A stretch of 20,777 nucleotides of DNA from a bacterium (lineage in GTDB: Bacteria > Zhuqueibacterota > Zhuqueibacteria > Oceanimicrobiales > Oceanimicrobiaceae). The position numbers and the translations under genes were made by a program. The DNA lies in the NCBI GenBank assembly GCA_046758365.1, contig JBHIAC010000045.1:1-20777 (forward strand), in the 5' to 3' direction. The number at the start of each line of letters is the position of its first letter. The first letter of the stretch is position 1. Positions 1-8,568 of the stretch are shown here, piece by piece. Below the pieces are notes generated by a model. It saw nothing but the letters and a program-made list of their open reading frames with translations, was not told the origin of the DNA and searched no databases.

Positions 1-3
1 AAA

Positions 4-1521
4 ATGTCCCTAAAACAGCAAACTGTATCAGGAGTCGCATGGAGTGTCGTTGCCCGTTTTGGACAGCAGTCGATGCAATTCATCATTTCAATATTGTTGG
101 CCCGGTTGCTGATGCCGAAGGACTTTGGATTGGTTGCTATGATTATGGTCTTTGTCAATTTTCTACGACTCTTTTTACAGGAAGGATTTTCACCAGCGCT
201 TGTACAGAAGCAAGATCTGCGTTTAATACACATTTATTCCATTTTCTGGCTTAATATTGCGGTTGGCATTAGCTTGACAAGCATCATTATTGCTGGAGCA
301 CCCATTATCAGTTCCTTTTACAAAGAGCCACAAATAGTTTTAATGACTCGAGTTCTTGCCTTTGACTTTTTCATAATGTCAACTGGCATCGTACCTCGGG
401 CGCTTTTGCAGAAAAAATTTGCTTTTAAAAGGCTGGCACAGATTGAGATTGCAACAACATTCCTAAGCGGCGGTATTGCGATAGTGCTCGCAGCAACGGG
501 TTACGGGGTTTGGAGTCTCGTTTTCCATTGCCTTTGCACTAGTCTCTTTTCAGCAGCATTAAGGTGGATCGCAGCAGGGTGGCGACCTAAGTTCACGTTT
601 GAAATTCAGGCTGTCAGGGAACTGTTTAATTACAGCATCAATCATTGGGGCTTCAATATTGTGAATTTTTGGGCGCGTAACGCAGACAATATGCTCATAG
701 GCCGAGTCATAGGATCTGCCGGTCTGGGTATTTACAACCGGGCCTATTCTCTAATGATGCTTCCTATATCGCAGATCAGCAATGTGTTAGGTCAGGTAAT
801 GTTTCCTGTGTTTTCTACTATTCAGAAGGAACCAAAACGGGTCAAACAGATCTACTTGCGTGCTATGGGATCAATAAGTTTGGTAGCATTTCCAATTATG
901 GTTGGTTTATGGGTAGTTACAAAACCTTTCATCTTGGTCATTTATGGGGCCAAATGGGCTGGCGTGATACCAGTTCTGCAGGTTCTTTGTTGGGTCGGAT
1001 TGCTACAATCATTAATGAATCCAACCGGTTGGATTTATACGTCGCAAGGTCGCACGGATTGGATGTTTAGATGGGGAGTGACAGCCTCTCTAACTTTGAT
1101 TGCTGGTATTAGTGTTGGCGTTTGGCTTGGCACCGTTAAGGCTGTGGCTGTAGGTTATGCTGTTTCCAATGTCTTACTTTTTTATCCCTGTATTATGATT
1201 CCTGGCAAACTAATAAACATGACCTTTAGCGATGTGGTGAAGGCGGTAGCCGGGCCGTTCGTTAGTGCGGGGATTATGGCGATAGGTTTGGAGATGCTAA
1301 GAACCGTATTTCCTTCAAAATGGCCCGAATGGGCATTTCTTATTATACAAGTACCGCTCGGAGCTGTATTGTATGTCGCAATGTTACACCTGTTTAATTT
1401 TCGAGCTTACCGTGAAATGCTAAAACTTCTATCAGAGCAGTGGCAGCGACGTCTTACTAGGAAGCAAGCTTTGTTCGCAGGAGGAGTGTCTTTAAGGCAA
1501 TATACCAAAACCTATGAATAA
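4..1521 (+). CDS. wzx: Wzx/WzxC-type polysaccharide flippase (MOP superfamily, PST family)
   Basis: 505 aa with many hydrophobic segments. Family motifs: MSLKQQTVSGVAWS, ILLARLLMPKDFGLVAM, ALVQK, GYGVWSLV, DNMLIGRVIGSAGLGIYNRAYSL, IYGAKW. Confidence 0.93.
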   Translation: MSLKQQTVSGVAWSVVARFGQQSMQFIISILLARLLMPKDFGLVAMIMVFVNFLRLFLQEGFSPALVQKQDLRLIHIYSIFWLNIAVGISLTSIIIAGAPIISSFYKEPQIVLMTRVLAFDFFIMSTGIVPRALLQKKFAFKRLAQIEIATTFLSGGIAIVLAATGYGVWSLVFHCLCTSLFSAALRWIAAGWRPKFTFEIQAVRELFNYSINHWGFNIVNFWARNADNMLIGRVIGSAGLGIYNRAYSLMMLPISQISNVLGQVMFPVFSTIQKEPKRVKQIYLRAMGSISLVAFPIMVGLWVVTKPFILVIYGAKWAGVIPVLQVLCWVGLLQSLMNPTGWIYTSQGRTDWMFRWGVTASLTLIAGISVGVWLGTVKAVAVGYAVSNVLLFYPCIMIPGKLINMTFSDVVKAVAGPFVSAGIMAIGLEMLRTVFPSKWPEWAFLIIQVPLGAVLYVAMLHLFNFRAYREMLKLLSEQWQRRLTRKQALFAGGVSLRQYTKTYE

Positions 1522-1550
1522 GTGTCCTATAAGTAAGAAGGATATTTTTT
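1522..1550 (+). terminator. Possible weak intrinsic terminator after wzx
   Basis: GTGTCCT-N10-AGGATAT stem with G:U pairs followed by a T run. The stem is weak and the loop long. Confidence 0.2.
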
Positions 1551-1664
1551 GTTCTATAAATTGCAATGAAGTTTTACGATCTTTTATTTTGTGCTTACTG
1601 TAAAGAATCAAAATCGTAGCTCGTTGTCATTAAGGGCAACGAAATTAGTGCCGTCGAGATTTAA

Positions 1665-3215
1665 ATGACGACTATGGAAATTGGTTTACACGTGATTGAA
1701 CATGCCGATGGGCGTTTGAAAGAGATGTGTCTAAGGGAAGGTATTCCCCTTCTGAAAAACTACAGTGATTCACCTGTCACTCTCGCAGAGGATGTGAATC
1801 ATGACAAAGCCGATGAGCTCGCAAAATATGTTCGTGAAGGGGGTATCGTTCTGTGTAACCGTCGGGATGCAGCCTTTATTCTAAAAAAAAGAATCCCCTT
1901 TTTATCCGGGGCTACAATTTTCCATGCGGATTATTCTAATCAACATAAAAGAATTTGGCCATTTCGGGTGCAAACCAGTTTTCAACCCCAATATATAGAA
2001 ACAACCCCCATTGGAGATGGCCAAGTCATTTCTTTTCCCTTTCATATCAGCAAAAACCTTTCAGATCTCTCTTACCGAAGAATGATTTACCCCTCTCCAG
2101 TGGGATATCCGATTGAGCTAGCTCCTGGGGTAGGAAAAGGTGAGATTCGTCGGCTGATTGTAAATTATATACAAGTTGCTTTCCTCCAAAAAGGACTGCC
2201 ATTCATACGTCTTCGCCATGGCCCAGGCAGCGCTCCGAATTGGTATGCTTTCAGAGTAGACGTAGATGGGGGTCATCCTTATGAGTTGCGGAAAATATGG
2301 GAAATCGCCCAAGCTTCTAATCTATCTATATCTTTTTATATTCATGTGGAGCCAAACCTTCGAGAGATTTCTTTGTTACGCGAGATGGCAGACCAAGGAC
2401 AGGACATCCAGCTTCATTGCTATGATCATCACACTTATCTTGATCCAGCGTTGGATTTCGAAAATATGAACCGGGGTGCTAATATCCTTCGCGAGGCAGG
2501 TTTCAACATTACTGGTGTGGTGGCTCCATACGGATTATGGAATTTTGAACTCTCAAAGATTTTTGAAAAAGTAGGACTGACCTACTCCTCGGAATTCTGT
2601 TTCTCTATTAACGATTTACCATCTTATCCTAAAAAAGAGCGGGAAACCAATGCTGTTCTTCAAATACCTATAGAGCCTCTCTGCCTGGGAATGTTACTCA
2701 AATCCGGCTTACCGGAAGAAGTGTTGGGTTTTATTTTTACTTGGTGTGCTAAGCAGCATCAAAAAATTGCAGAACCTATCTTTATGTATGGTCATCCTGG
2801 GCAGAACCGAATGGATGGACATCCCACGATTTTCTCTAATTTATTCAGGGAATTTGAAATAGCTGGATATAGAAAAATTAATTTAACTGAATATGCACAT
2901 TGGTGGCGACAGCGTGAAAAGACGGAATTAAAAGTTCTATGGAATGGGTCCCACGTCCAAATCAAAGTAAAAAAACCGGCTCCTGAGCAATTTGTTGAAT
3001 TTTTTCTTCCTGATGGGACAATACGTATTTCTGAGGCTCATGATAGTAAAGTAGATGTTGCAACACTACCTACTTTAGTAGATGAAACCGGTCATTTAGA
3101 ACATGGTAATGTAGGAAAATGGCTGCCGATTTTCTATACAGACATCAAGACAAGGAAGAACCACATAATAAAGAAAATAAAAAGAACTATTAAGTTACAT
3201 AATTTTTTAATTTAA
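1665..3215 (+). CDS. Polysaccharide deacetylase-fold (CE4/NodB-like) protein with extra N- and C-terminal domains
   Basis: 516 aa. Central barrel motifs FRVDVD, IQLHCYDH, VAPYGLWN, YSSEF and MYGHP. N-terminal LAKYVREGGIVL resembles a class I GATase-like/trimerisation domain. No signal peptide. The start could be 1665 or the ATG at 1674. Confidence 0.7.
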   Translation: MTTMEIGLHVIEHADGRLKEMCLREGIPLLKNYSDSPVTLAEDVNHDKADELAKYVREGGIVLCNRRDAAFILKKRIPFLSGATIFHADYSNQHKRIWPFRVQTSFQPQYIETTPIGDGQVISFPFHISKNLSDLSYRRMIYPSPVGYPIELAPGVGKGEIRRLIVNYIQVAFLQKGLPFIRLRHGPGSAPNWYAFRVDVDGGHPYELRKIWEIAQASNLSISFYIHVEPNLREISLLREMADQGQDIQLHCYDHHTYLDPALDFENMNRGANILREAGFNITGVVAPYGLWNFELSKIFEKVGLTYSSEFCFSINDLPSYPKKERETNAVLQIPIEPLCLGMLLKSGLPEEVLGFIFTWCAKQHQKIAEPIFMYGHPGQNRMDGHPTIFSNLFREFEIAGYRKINLTEYAHWWRQREKTELKVLWNGSHVQIKVKKPAPEQFVEFFLPDGTIRISEAHDSKVDVATLPTLVDETGHLEHGNVGKWLPIFYTDIKTRKNHIIKKIKRTIKLHNFLI

Positions 3216-3254
3216 AGTTACTTAAGAAAACTTAATTGTGATGGGAAAAGAGTC

Positions 3255-4328
3255 GTGAAAGAGATTTGGTGCGTTATTGGGACTCGGCCTGAGGTGATTA
3301 AGATGGCCCCAGTCATACATGCGTTGAAAGATAAGGCGAAGGTTAAATTGATCGCAACTGCTCAGCATCGTGAATTATTGGATCAGATGTTGGGTGTTTT
3401 TGATCTGGAGCTTAATGATGATTTGAATCTGATGACTAATGGACAAACTCTGACCCGGATTACTTGCAAAGTTTTGAAGGGAATGGGTTACCTGTTTAAG
3501 CAATATGGCAAGCCAAACTATGTATTAATTCAAGGAGATACCACTACGGTTATGGCTACCGCATTGGCCTGTTATTATGAGAATGTGAAAGTTGGCCATG
3601 TTGAGGCTGGGTTGCGTTCAGGTAATATGCGCGCTCCATTTCCGGAGGAAGGAAATCGGAAGATTGCTGGGATTTTTGCGTATTATCATTTTGCTCCAAC
3701 TGAGTGGGCCGCGAACAATCTTCGAAAAGAAGGCATACTAGAAAGTAGGATTTTTGTGACTGGGAATACTGTAGTGGATGCATTGTATTATACTCTTAAA
3801 AATAATGCTCTGCATCTCAAAACCAAGAAACCTGACCGCCCTTATATCTTGATGACTTGTCATCGACGTGAAAATTTTGGACGGCCTGTTAGGAATATCT
3901 TTTCGGCTATTAGGCAGATCGCAGAAATGCATCCGGAAATTGACATTGTTTATCCTGTTCATCCAAATCCTAATATCGTTAAACCTGCTCAGGAGATATT
4001 GGGGAATTTGGCTAATGTCAAACTGTTAAAACCTCTTGACTATGTTAATTTTGTCAATGCAATGCAGGAATGTTTATTTCTTATTAGTGATAGTGGTGGA
4101 GTACAAGAAGAGGCTACGGCATTGGGTAAGAGAGTTCTGGTTTTGCGTACCACTACAGAGAGACCTGAAGCGGTTGATGCAGGTTTCTGCAAACTCGTCG
4201 GCTCTGATATTGAACTCATAATTAAGGTGGCCTTAACTTGCATAACAAATTCGACTATAAAGGTAAAATCTCTTTACGGAGATGGTCAGGCCGCCACCCG
4301 CATTGCGGATATTCTTATGGGTTCCTAA
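3255..4328 (+). CDS. wecB: UDP-N-acetylglucosamine 2-epimerase (non-hydrolysing)
   Basis: GTG start. Motifs IGTRPEVIKMAPV, QHRELLDQ, QGDTTT, GHVEAGLRS, PFPEEGNR, VTGNTVVDAL, HRRENFG, SDSGGVQEEA and RTTTERPEAV. Confidence 0.96.
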   Translation: MKEIWCVIGTRPEVIKMAPVIHALKDKAKVKLIATAQHRELLDQMLGVFDLELNDDLNLMTNGQTLTRITCKVLKGMGYLFKQYGKPNYVLIQGDTTTVMATALACYYENVKVGHVEAGLRSGNMRAPFPEEGNRKIAGIFAYYHFAPTEWAANNLRKEGILESRIFVTGNTVVDALYYTLKNNALHLKTKKPDRPYILMTCHRRENFGRPVRNIFSAIRQIAEMHPEIDIVYPVHPNPNIVKPAQEILGNLANVKLLKPLDYVNFVNAMQECLFLISDSGGVQEEATALGKRVLVLRTTTERPEAVDAGFCKLVGSDIELIIKVALTCITNSTIKVKSLYGDGQAATRIADILMGS

Positions 4329-4385
4329 AAAGAAAAATAGAGCAGCAGTAAAAGACGCTTTAATTTAAAGGAGAACTAGATTCCT

Positions 4386-5528
4386 ATGAGAATTTGTATG
4401 ATGTCACAATACTATCCCCCTAAAGTGGGGGGTTTAGATAATCATGTTTACGAACTATCAAAAGCATTGGTGCAGTTAAAACATGAAGTCCATGTTGTTA
4501 CCTGTTCGACTGAATGGGAAAACAGCCATGAATTGGTAGATGGGGTTCATATCCACCGATTAGGTTTTCGGCTTCGAATCCATAAACTGCGTTGGTGGTT
4601 ATTTATTTGGGACTGCCATCGCTACTTACAAAGACTTATTAATGAATATGATATAGAATTGATCCATGTTCATGGCCATGAATTTGACGCTGATCGAGTT
4701 AGATTTTTTAAGGGCAAAATTCCAATCATCTTTACCAATCATTCTTCTGGCTATCTTATGGAATATGAGACGGAAGAAGGAAGAAAGAAACTGAAGAAAA
4801 GGCTCTCTTTCTTCGATTTTATAGTTGCTCCAAGTGAAGAGCTACGGCAGAAAAGTGAAATTCTAATCAATCCAATAAGGACAGCTTATATTCCAAACGG
4901 CGTAGATACCTCTAAGTTTGTTGCGCCGAAAGATAAAACAGCTATTCGCAAGGTATTGGGACTAGCTGTAGAGGAGTTGATTTTTCTTTGTCCCCGCCGT
5001 TTGGCTCCAAAGAATGGTGTTAAATATTTTGTTGAATCCGCAAGGTATCTGAATTCTGATCTAAAATTAACCTATGTTGTTGTAGGAGGTGGATTTCCAG
5101 ATGAACGGAAAAAACTAGAAGAAATTGTTAAAGGTAATTGCAGTGATGATAAGATAACCTTTGTGGGTACTATCCCGAACGAACAAATGCAATTGTACAT
5201 GCAAGCATCAGATGTAGTGGTTTTACCTTCATTGATGGAAGCAACGAGTGTAGCCGGTTTGGAGGCTATGTCAACAGGATTGCCTTTGATTGGAACCAAC
5301 GTGGGAGGAATTCCCGCGATTATTGCTAATGGGTGTAATGGGATAATTGTGGAGCCAAAACAGCCAAAGGAGCTTGCTGAGGCGGTTATTAAACTGGCCA
5401 CAAGCGAAGCATTACGTCGAAAAATGGGAGAATATGGAAGAGATAGGGCGGAAAAGGAATTTGACTGGAAGATAATCGCAGAGAAATTAGTGAATCTTGC
5501 ATATAAAATTGCACTGCAAAAACAGTGA
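4386..5528 (+). CDS. Glycosyltransferase family 4 (GT-B, retaining)
   Basis: N-terminal MRICMMSQYYPPKVGG; IPNGVD; C-terminal ExxxxxxxE motif in PSLMEATSVAGLEAMSTGLPLIGTNVGGIP; FDW terminal helix. AAGGAG RBS upstream. Confidence 0.93.
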   Translation: MRICMMSQYYPPKVGGLDNHVYELSKALVQLKHEVHVVTCSTEWENSHELVDGVHIHRLGFRLRIHKLRWWLFIWDCHRYLQRLINEYDIELIHVHGHEFDADRVRFFKGKIPIIFTNHSSGYLMEYETEEGRKKLKKRLSFFDFIVAPSEELRQKSEILINPIRTAYIPNGVDTSKFVAPKDKTAIRKVLGLAVEELIFLCPRRLAPKNGVKYFVESARYLNSDLKLTYVVVGGGFPDERKKLEEIVKGNCSDDKITFVGTIPNEQMQLYMQASDVVVLPSLMEATSVAGLEAMSTGLPLIGTNVGGIPAIIANGCNGIIVEPKQPKELAEAVIKLATSEALRRKMGEYGRDRAEKEFDWKIIAEKLVNLAYKIALQKQ

Positions 5529-5573
5529 AATTGCTTCAAGAGTAATCAAAATGAAGTATATCTTTTGATTAAT

Positions 5574-6341
5574 ATGAATGTTCAACGAATCAATATTCTG
5601 GGAGTTTCGATAAGCGCAATCAATATGGAAATGGCTAAAAAGGTAATCGATCAGACAGTTGAGAAAGATGGCAAAGGATATATTTGCGTGACTGGAGTTC
5701 ATGGGGTTATCGAAGCACAAAAAGATCCTGAATTTAGTGCCATTTTGAATAAGGCTACCTTGTGCACGCCGGATGGGATGCCCCTGGTTTGGATTGGAAG
5801 ATATTATGGCTTTAAGCATATGGGGCGTGTATATGGACCTGACCTTATGTTGGAAGTATGTAAAATGTCTTTAAACAAGAACTACAAGCATTTTTTATAT
5901 GGTGGGGCGAAAGGTGTTGCGGCTCAACTTAAACAGAGATTGATTCATAAATTTCCAGAAATTAATATCGTTGGTATCTATACCCCGCCTTTTAGACCAA
6001 TTTCATGTAAAGAGGAGGAGGAGCTTTGTTGTCTCGTACGCAAAACGCAACCCGATATCTTTTGGGTTGGGTTGAGTACCCCAAAACAGGAGAAATTCAT
6101 GGCTAACTATATTAATAAGTTGGACACCAAAATCATGATTGGTGTAGGCGCCGCCTTTGATTTCCACACTGGGAGAGTGAAACAGGCACCAAGATGGATA
6201 CAGAGAAGAGGATTAGAGTGGCTCTTTCGACTAAGCCAAGAACCACATCGCCTATGGAGGAGATATATTTATAATAATCCTGTCTTTGTTTATAAAATAA
6301 TTAGTCAGTTAATGGGTATTAAGAATTATGATGTTCATTAG
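5574..6341 (+). CDS. WecG/TagA/CpsF family glycosyltransferase (GT26; possible ManNAc/ManNAcA or hexose transferase)
   Basis: Motifs TPDGMPLVW, RVYGPDLM, FLYGG, PPFRP, WVGLSTPKQE, GVGAAFDF and APRWIQRRGLEWLFRLSQEPHRLWRRY. The ATG at 5574 is preferred over the TTG at 5565 in the ORF track. Confidence 0.92.
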   Translation: MNVQRINILGVSISAINMEMAKKVIDQTVEKDGKGYICVTGVHGVIEAQKDPEFSAILNKATLCTPDGMPLVWIGRYYGFKHMGRVYGPDLMLEVCKMSLNKNYKHFLYGGAKGVAAQLKQRLIHKFPEINIVGIYTPPFRPISCKEEEELCCLVRKTQPDIFWVGLSTPKQEKFMANYINKLDTKIMIGVGAAFDFHTGRVKQAPRWIQRRGLEWLFRLSQEPHRLWRRYIYNNPVFVYKIISQLMGIKNYDVH

Positions 6342-6376
6342 TATTATTATATAAGATTCTCAGGAGGCAAAGCAAT

Positions 6377-7354
6377 ATGAAGACAAAAACAACCGTAGTT
6401 TGTGGGGCCGGTGGTTTCATCGGAGGACATTTGATAGCTGACTTGCTGCGTCAAGGAAATCATAATATTAGAGCCGTAGATATCAAACCTTTTGAAGAAT
6501 GGTTTCAATTATTTCCCGAGATTGAAAATTTTAGATTGGATCTGCGTGAGAAAGAAGCTTGCGATAAAGTTTTAAAGGGTGCAGATATTGTTTATAATCT
6601 CGCCGCAGATATGGGGGGTATAGGGTTTATAGAAAACAACCGAGCCCTCTGTATGCTGAGTGTTTTGATAAATACGCATTTATTAATGTTGGCAAGGAAG
6701 CACGAAGTTGAACGCTATTTCTTTGCGTCCTCTGCATGTGTTTATGCGGCTGACAAGCAGGCGTCACCGGACGTTAAACCCTTGAAAGAGTCGGATGCCT
6801 ACCCGGCTATGCCAGAGGATGGATACGGTTGGGAGAAGTTATTTAGCGAACGCTTGTGTCGCCACTATCTTGAAGATTTTGGAATTGAAACACGAGTGGC
6901 ACGTTATCACAATGTCTACGGCCCTCATGGGACTTACAACGGAGGTCGAGAAAAAGCACCTGCAGCTATATGTCGCAAAGTTATTGAGGCCAAGCTGTCG
7001 GGCATTCATAAAATTGAAATCTGGGGGGATGGTAAACAAACCCGAAGTTTTATGTTTATTGATGACTGCATCAAGGGTACCCAAGATATTCTAACTAGTA
7101 ATATTATCGACCCTATCAACTTAGGTAGTAGTGAGTTAGTGACGATAAATCAGCTCGTTGATATCGTGGAGGATATTGCTGAAATCAAACTTCAGCGTTC
7201 ATATAATTTATCCGCTCCAAGAGGGGTAAAAGGAAGGAACAGCGAAAATACGCGTATAAAGTCTCTTCTAGGTTGGGAACCGGGTATACCGCTAAGAGTG
7301 GGAATGGAGAAGACCTATAGATGGATATATGATCAAATGGTCAAAGCTCATTAA
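6377..7354 (+). CDS. NAD-dependent epimerase, GDP-mannose 3,5-epimerase (GME)-like extended SDR
   Basis: GAGGFIG Rossmann motif; NLAADMGGIGFI; ASSACVY (catalytic Cys context); YGWEK (YxxxK); RYHNVYGPHG; GGREKAPAAICRKV; GVKGRNS. AGGAGG RBS at 6362-6367. Confidence 0.88.
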   Translation: MKTKTTVVCGAGGFIGGHLIADLLRQGNHNIRAVDIKPFEEWFQLFPEIENFRLDLREKEACDKVLKGADIVYNLAADMGGIGFIENNRALCMLSVLINTHLLMLARKHEVERYFFASSACVYAADKQASPDVKPLKESDAYPAMPEDGYGWEKLFSERLCRHYLEDFGIETRVARYHNVYGPHGTYNGGREKAPAAICRKVIEAKLSGIHKIEIWGDGKQTRSFMFIDDCIKGTQDILTSNIIDPINLGSSELVTINQLVDIVEDIAEIKLQRSYNLSAPRGVKGRNSENTRIKSLLGWEPGIPLRVGMEKTYRWIYDQMVKAH

Positions 7355-7382
7355 CTCTTAACATGTAATTGACAAAAAGATC

Positions 7383-8162
7383 ATGTATGAGATAGAGAAA
7401 CAAAAAGAGGCTTTTGAGAAGATCTTTGCAAACTCTGATTTAAAAAGATGGTCGTTTCATGATACCTCAGATCCTCTTATTAGATATCTTCGCGATAGAA
7501 GAATTCGAATTGGGGTAGAACGCCTTTTGAGAATTACCAAGTCTCATCCAGCCGAGTGGGATGTGTTAATAGTTTGTGGGGGTGTAGGTGGGGAAGGGAC
7601 ATTATTAGCAAATCTTGGATTTCGAAAAGTAACCGTGTCTGATTTTTCCAAAAACGCATTGGAGATATGTAAAGTGCGAGATGCAAGGCTTCAAACATGT
7701 ATCTTGAATGTGGAACAATTAGACCTTCCAGATGATTCTTTCGATTTAGTTCTTGTTCAGGATGGACTTCATCATCTTCCAAGACCCGCCCTTGGTCTTA
7801 CTGAAATGCTTCGAGTTGCAAGAAGGGCGGTAGTCGTTGTTGAGCCACACTCCGGTGTCGTAGCAAAGTTGTTAGGGACCGTGTGGGAATGCAAAGTTGA
7901 CAAGGTTAATCATGTATTTCGCTGGAACCAACTCCTTTTGGAACAGGTCACACTCAGTTATCTCTTGCAAATACCAAGTTACATCAAAGCTATTCGTTTA
8001 TGGGATCATAATGTCATGATGAGTAAACTGGCAAAGCTCTTAGGGAGTAAACGTGTTGGACTATTTTTCGTTAAATTTTGCTACTTTTTTCTAAACTCTT
8101 TATTTTGGTGGCTTGGGAATATGATGATTGGAATTGTAGTAAAACATAATGATAAATTATGA
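7383..8162 (+). CDS. Class I SAM-dependent methyltransferase
   Basis: Atypical motif I VLIVCGGVGGEG; VTVSDFS; LDLPDDSFDLV; GLHHL; EMLRVARRAVVVVEP. Confidence 0.85.
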   Translation: MYEIEKQKEAFEKIFANSDLKRWSFHDTSDPLIRYLRDRRIRIGVERLLRITKSHPAEWDVLIVCGGVGGEGTLLANLGFRKVTVSDFSKNALEICKVRDARLQTCILNVEQLDLPDDSFDLVLVQDGLHHLPRPALGLTEMLRVARRAVVVVEPHSGVVAKLLGTVWECKVDKVNHVFRWNQLLLEQVTLSYLLQIPSYIKAIRLWDHNVMMSKLAKLLGSKRVGLFFVKFCYFFLNSLFWWLGNMMIGIVVKHNDKL

Positions 8163-8268
8163 GCGCTTGTAGGACGACCTCCTTGAATCTGTGAAACTTA
8201 AAATAATGATTGCATATCTCAAAGATACGACACAAAAATATTAAAACAAAGCAAAGGAGCCTAACATA

Positions 8269-8568
8269 ATGACAAAGAATTCTAAATTAATTCAAGCAAT
8301 ATTTAGTGCAATTGATGAAGTTAATCTCCAACTCCCGAAAGAACAGCATTTGGAAAAATCTATTGAAACCGGTTTAGTTGACACATCAGGGAAATTAGAT
8401 TCGCTTGGACTCATAAATCTAATTGTGGCGATCGAGCAGAAAATTGAAGAAGAATTTGAGGTCGCCATTACTTTAGTCGATGGATCTCATAATAACAGTC
8501 CTTTTAGAACCGTCGGAACGCTGGCAGATTACATTTCATTGCTTTTGGAGGAGAAATCCAATGCCTAA
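8269..8568 (+). CDS. Acyl carrier protein (stand-alone)
   Basis: 99 aa, acidic. Phosphopantetheine site LDSLGLINLIVAIEQKIEEEFEV; C-terminal FRTVGTLADYI helix. AAGGAG RBS at 8254-8259. Confidence 0.88.
   Translation: MTKNSKLIQAIFSAIDEVNLQLPKEQHLEKSIETGLVDTSGKLDSLGLINLIVAIEQKIEEEFEVAITLVDGSHNNSPFRTVGTLADYISLLLEEKSNA

Noticed and set aside
5072..5819. Antisense ORFs of 155 aa and 110 aa
   Set aside because: They are shadows of the well-supported GT4 and GT26 genes and have no recognisable motifs.
8480..8560. Longer fkbH start given by the ORF track
   Set aside because: It lies inside the ACP gene; the ATG at 8561 has a strong RBS and a typical short overlap.
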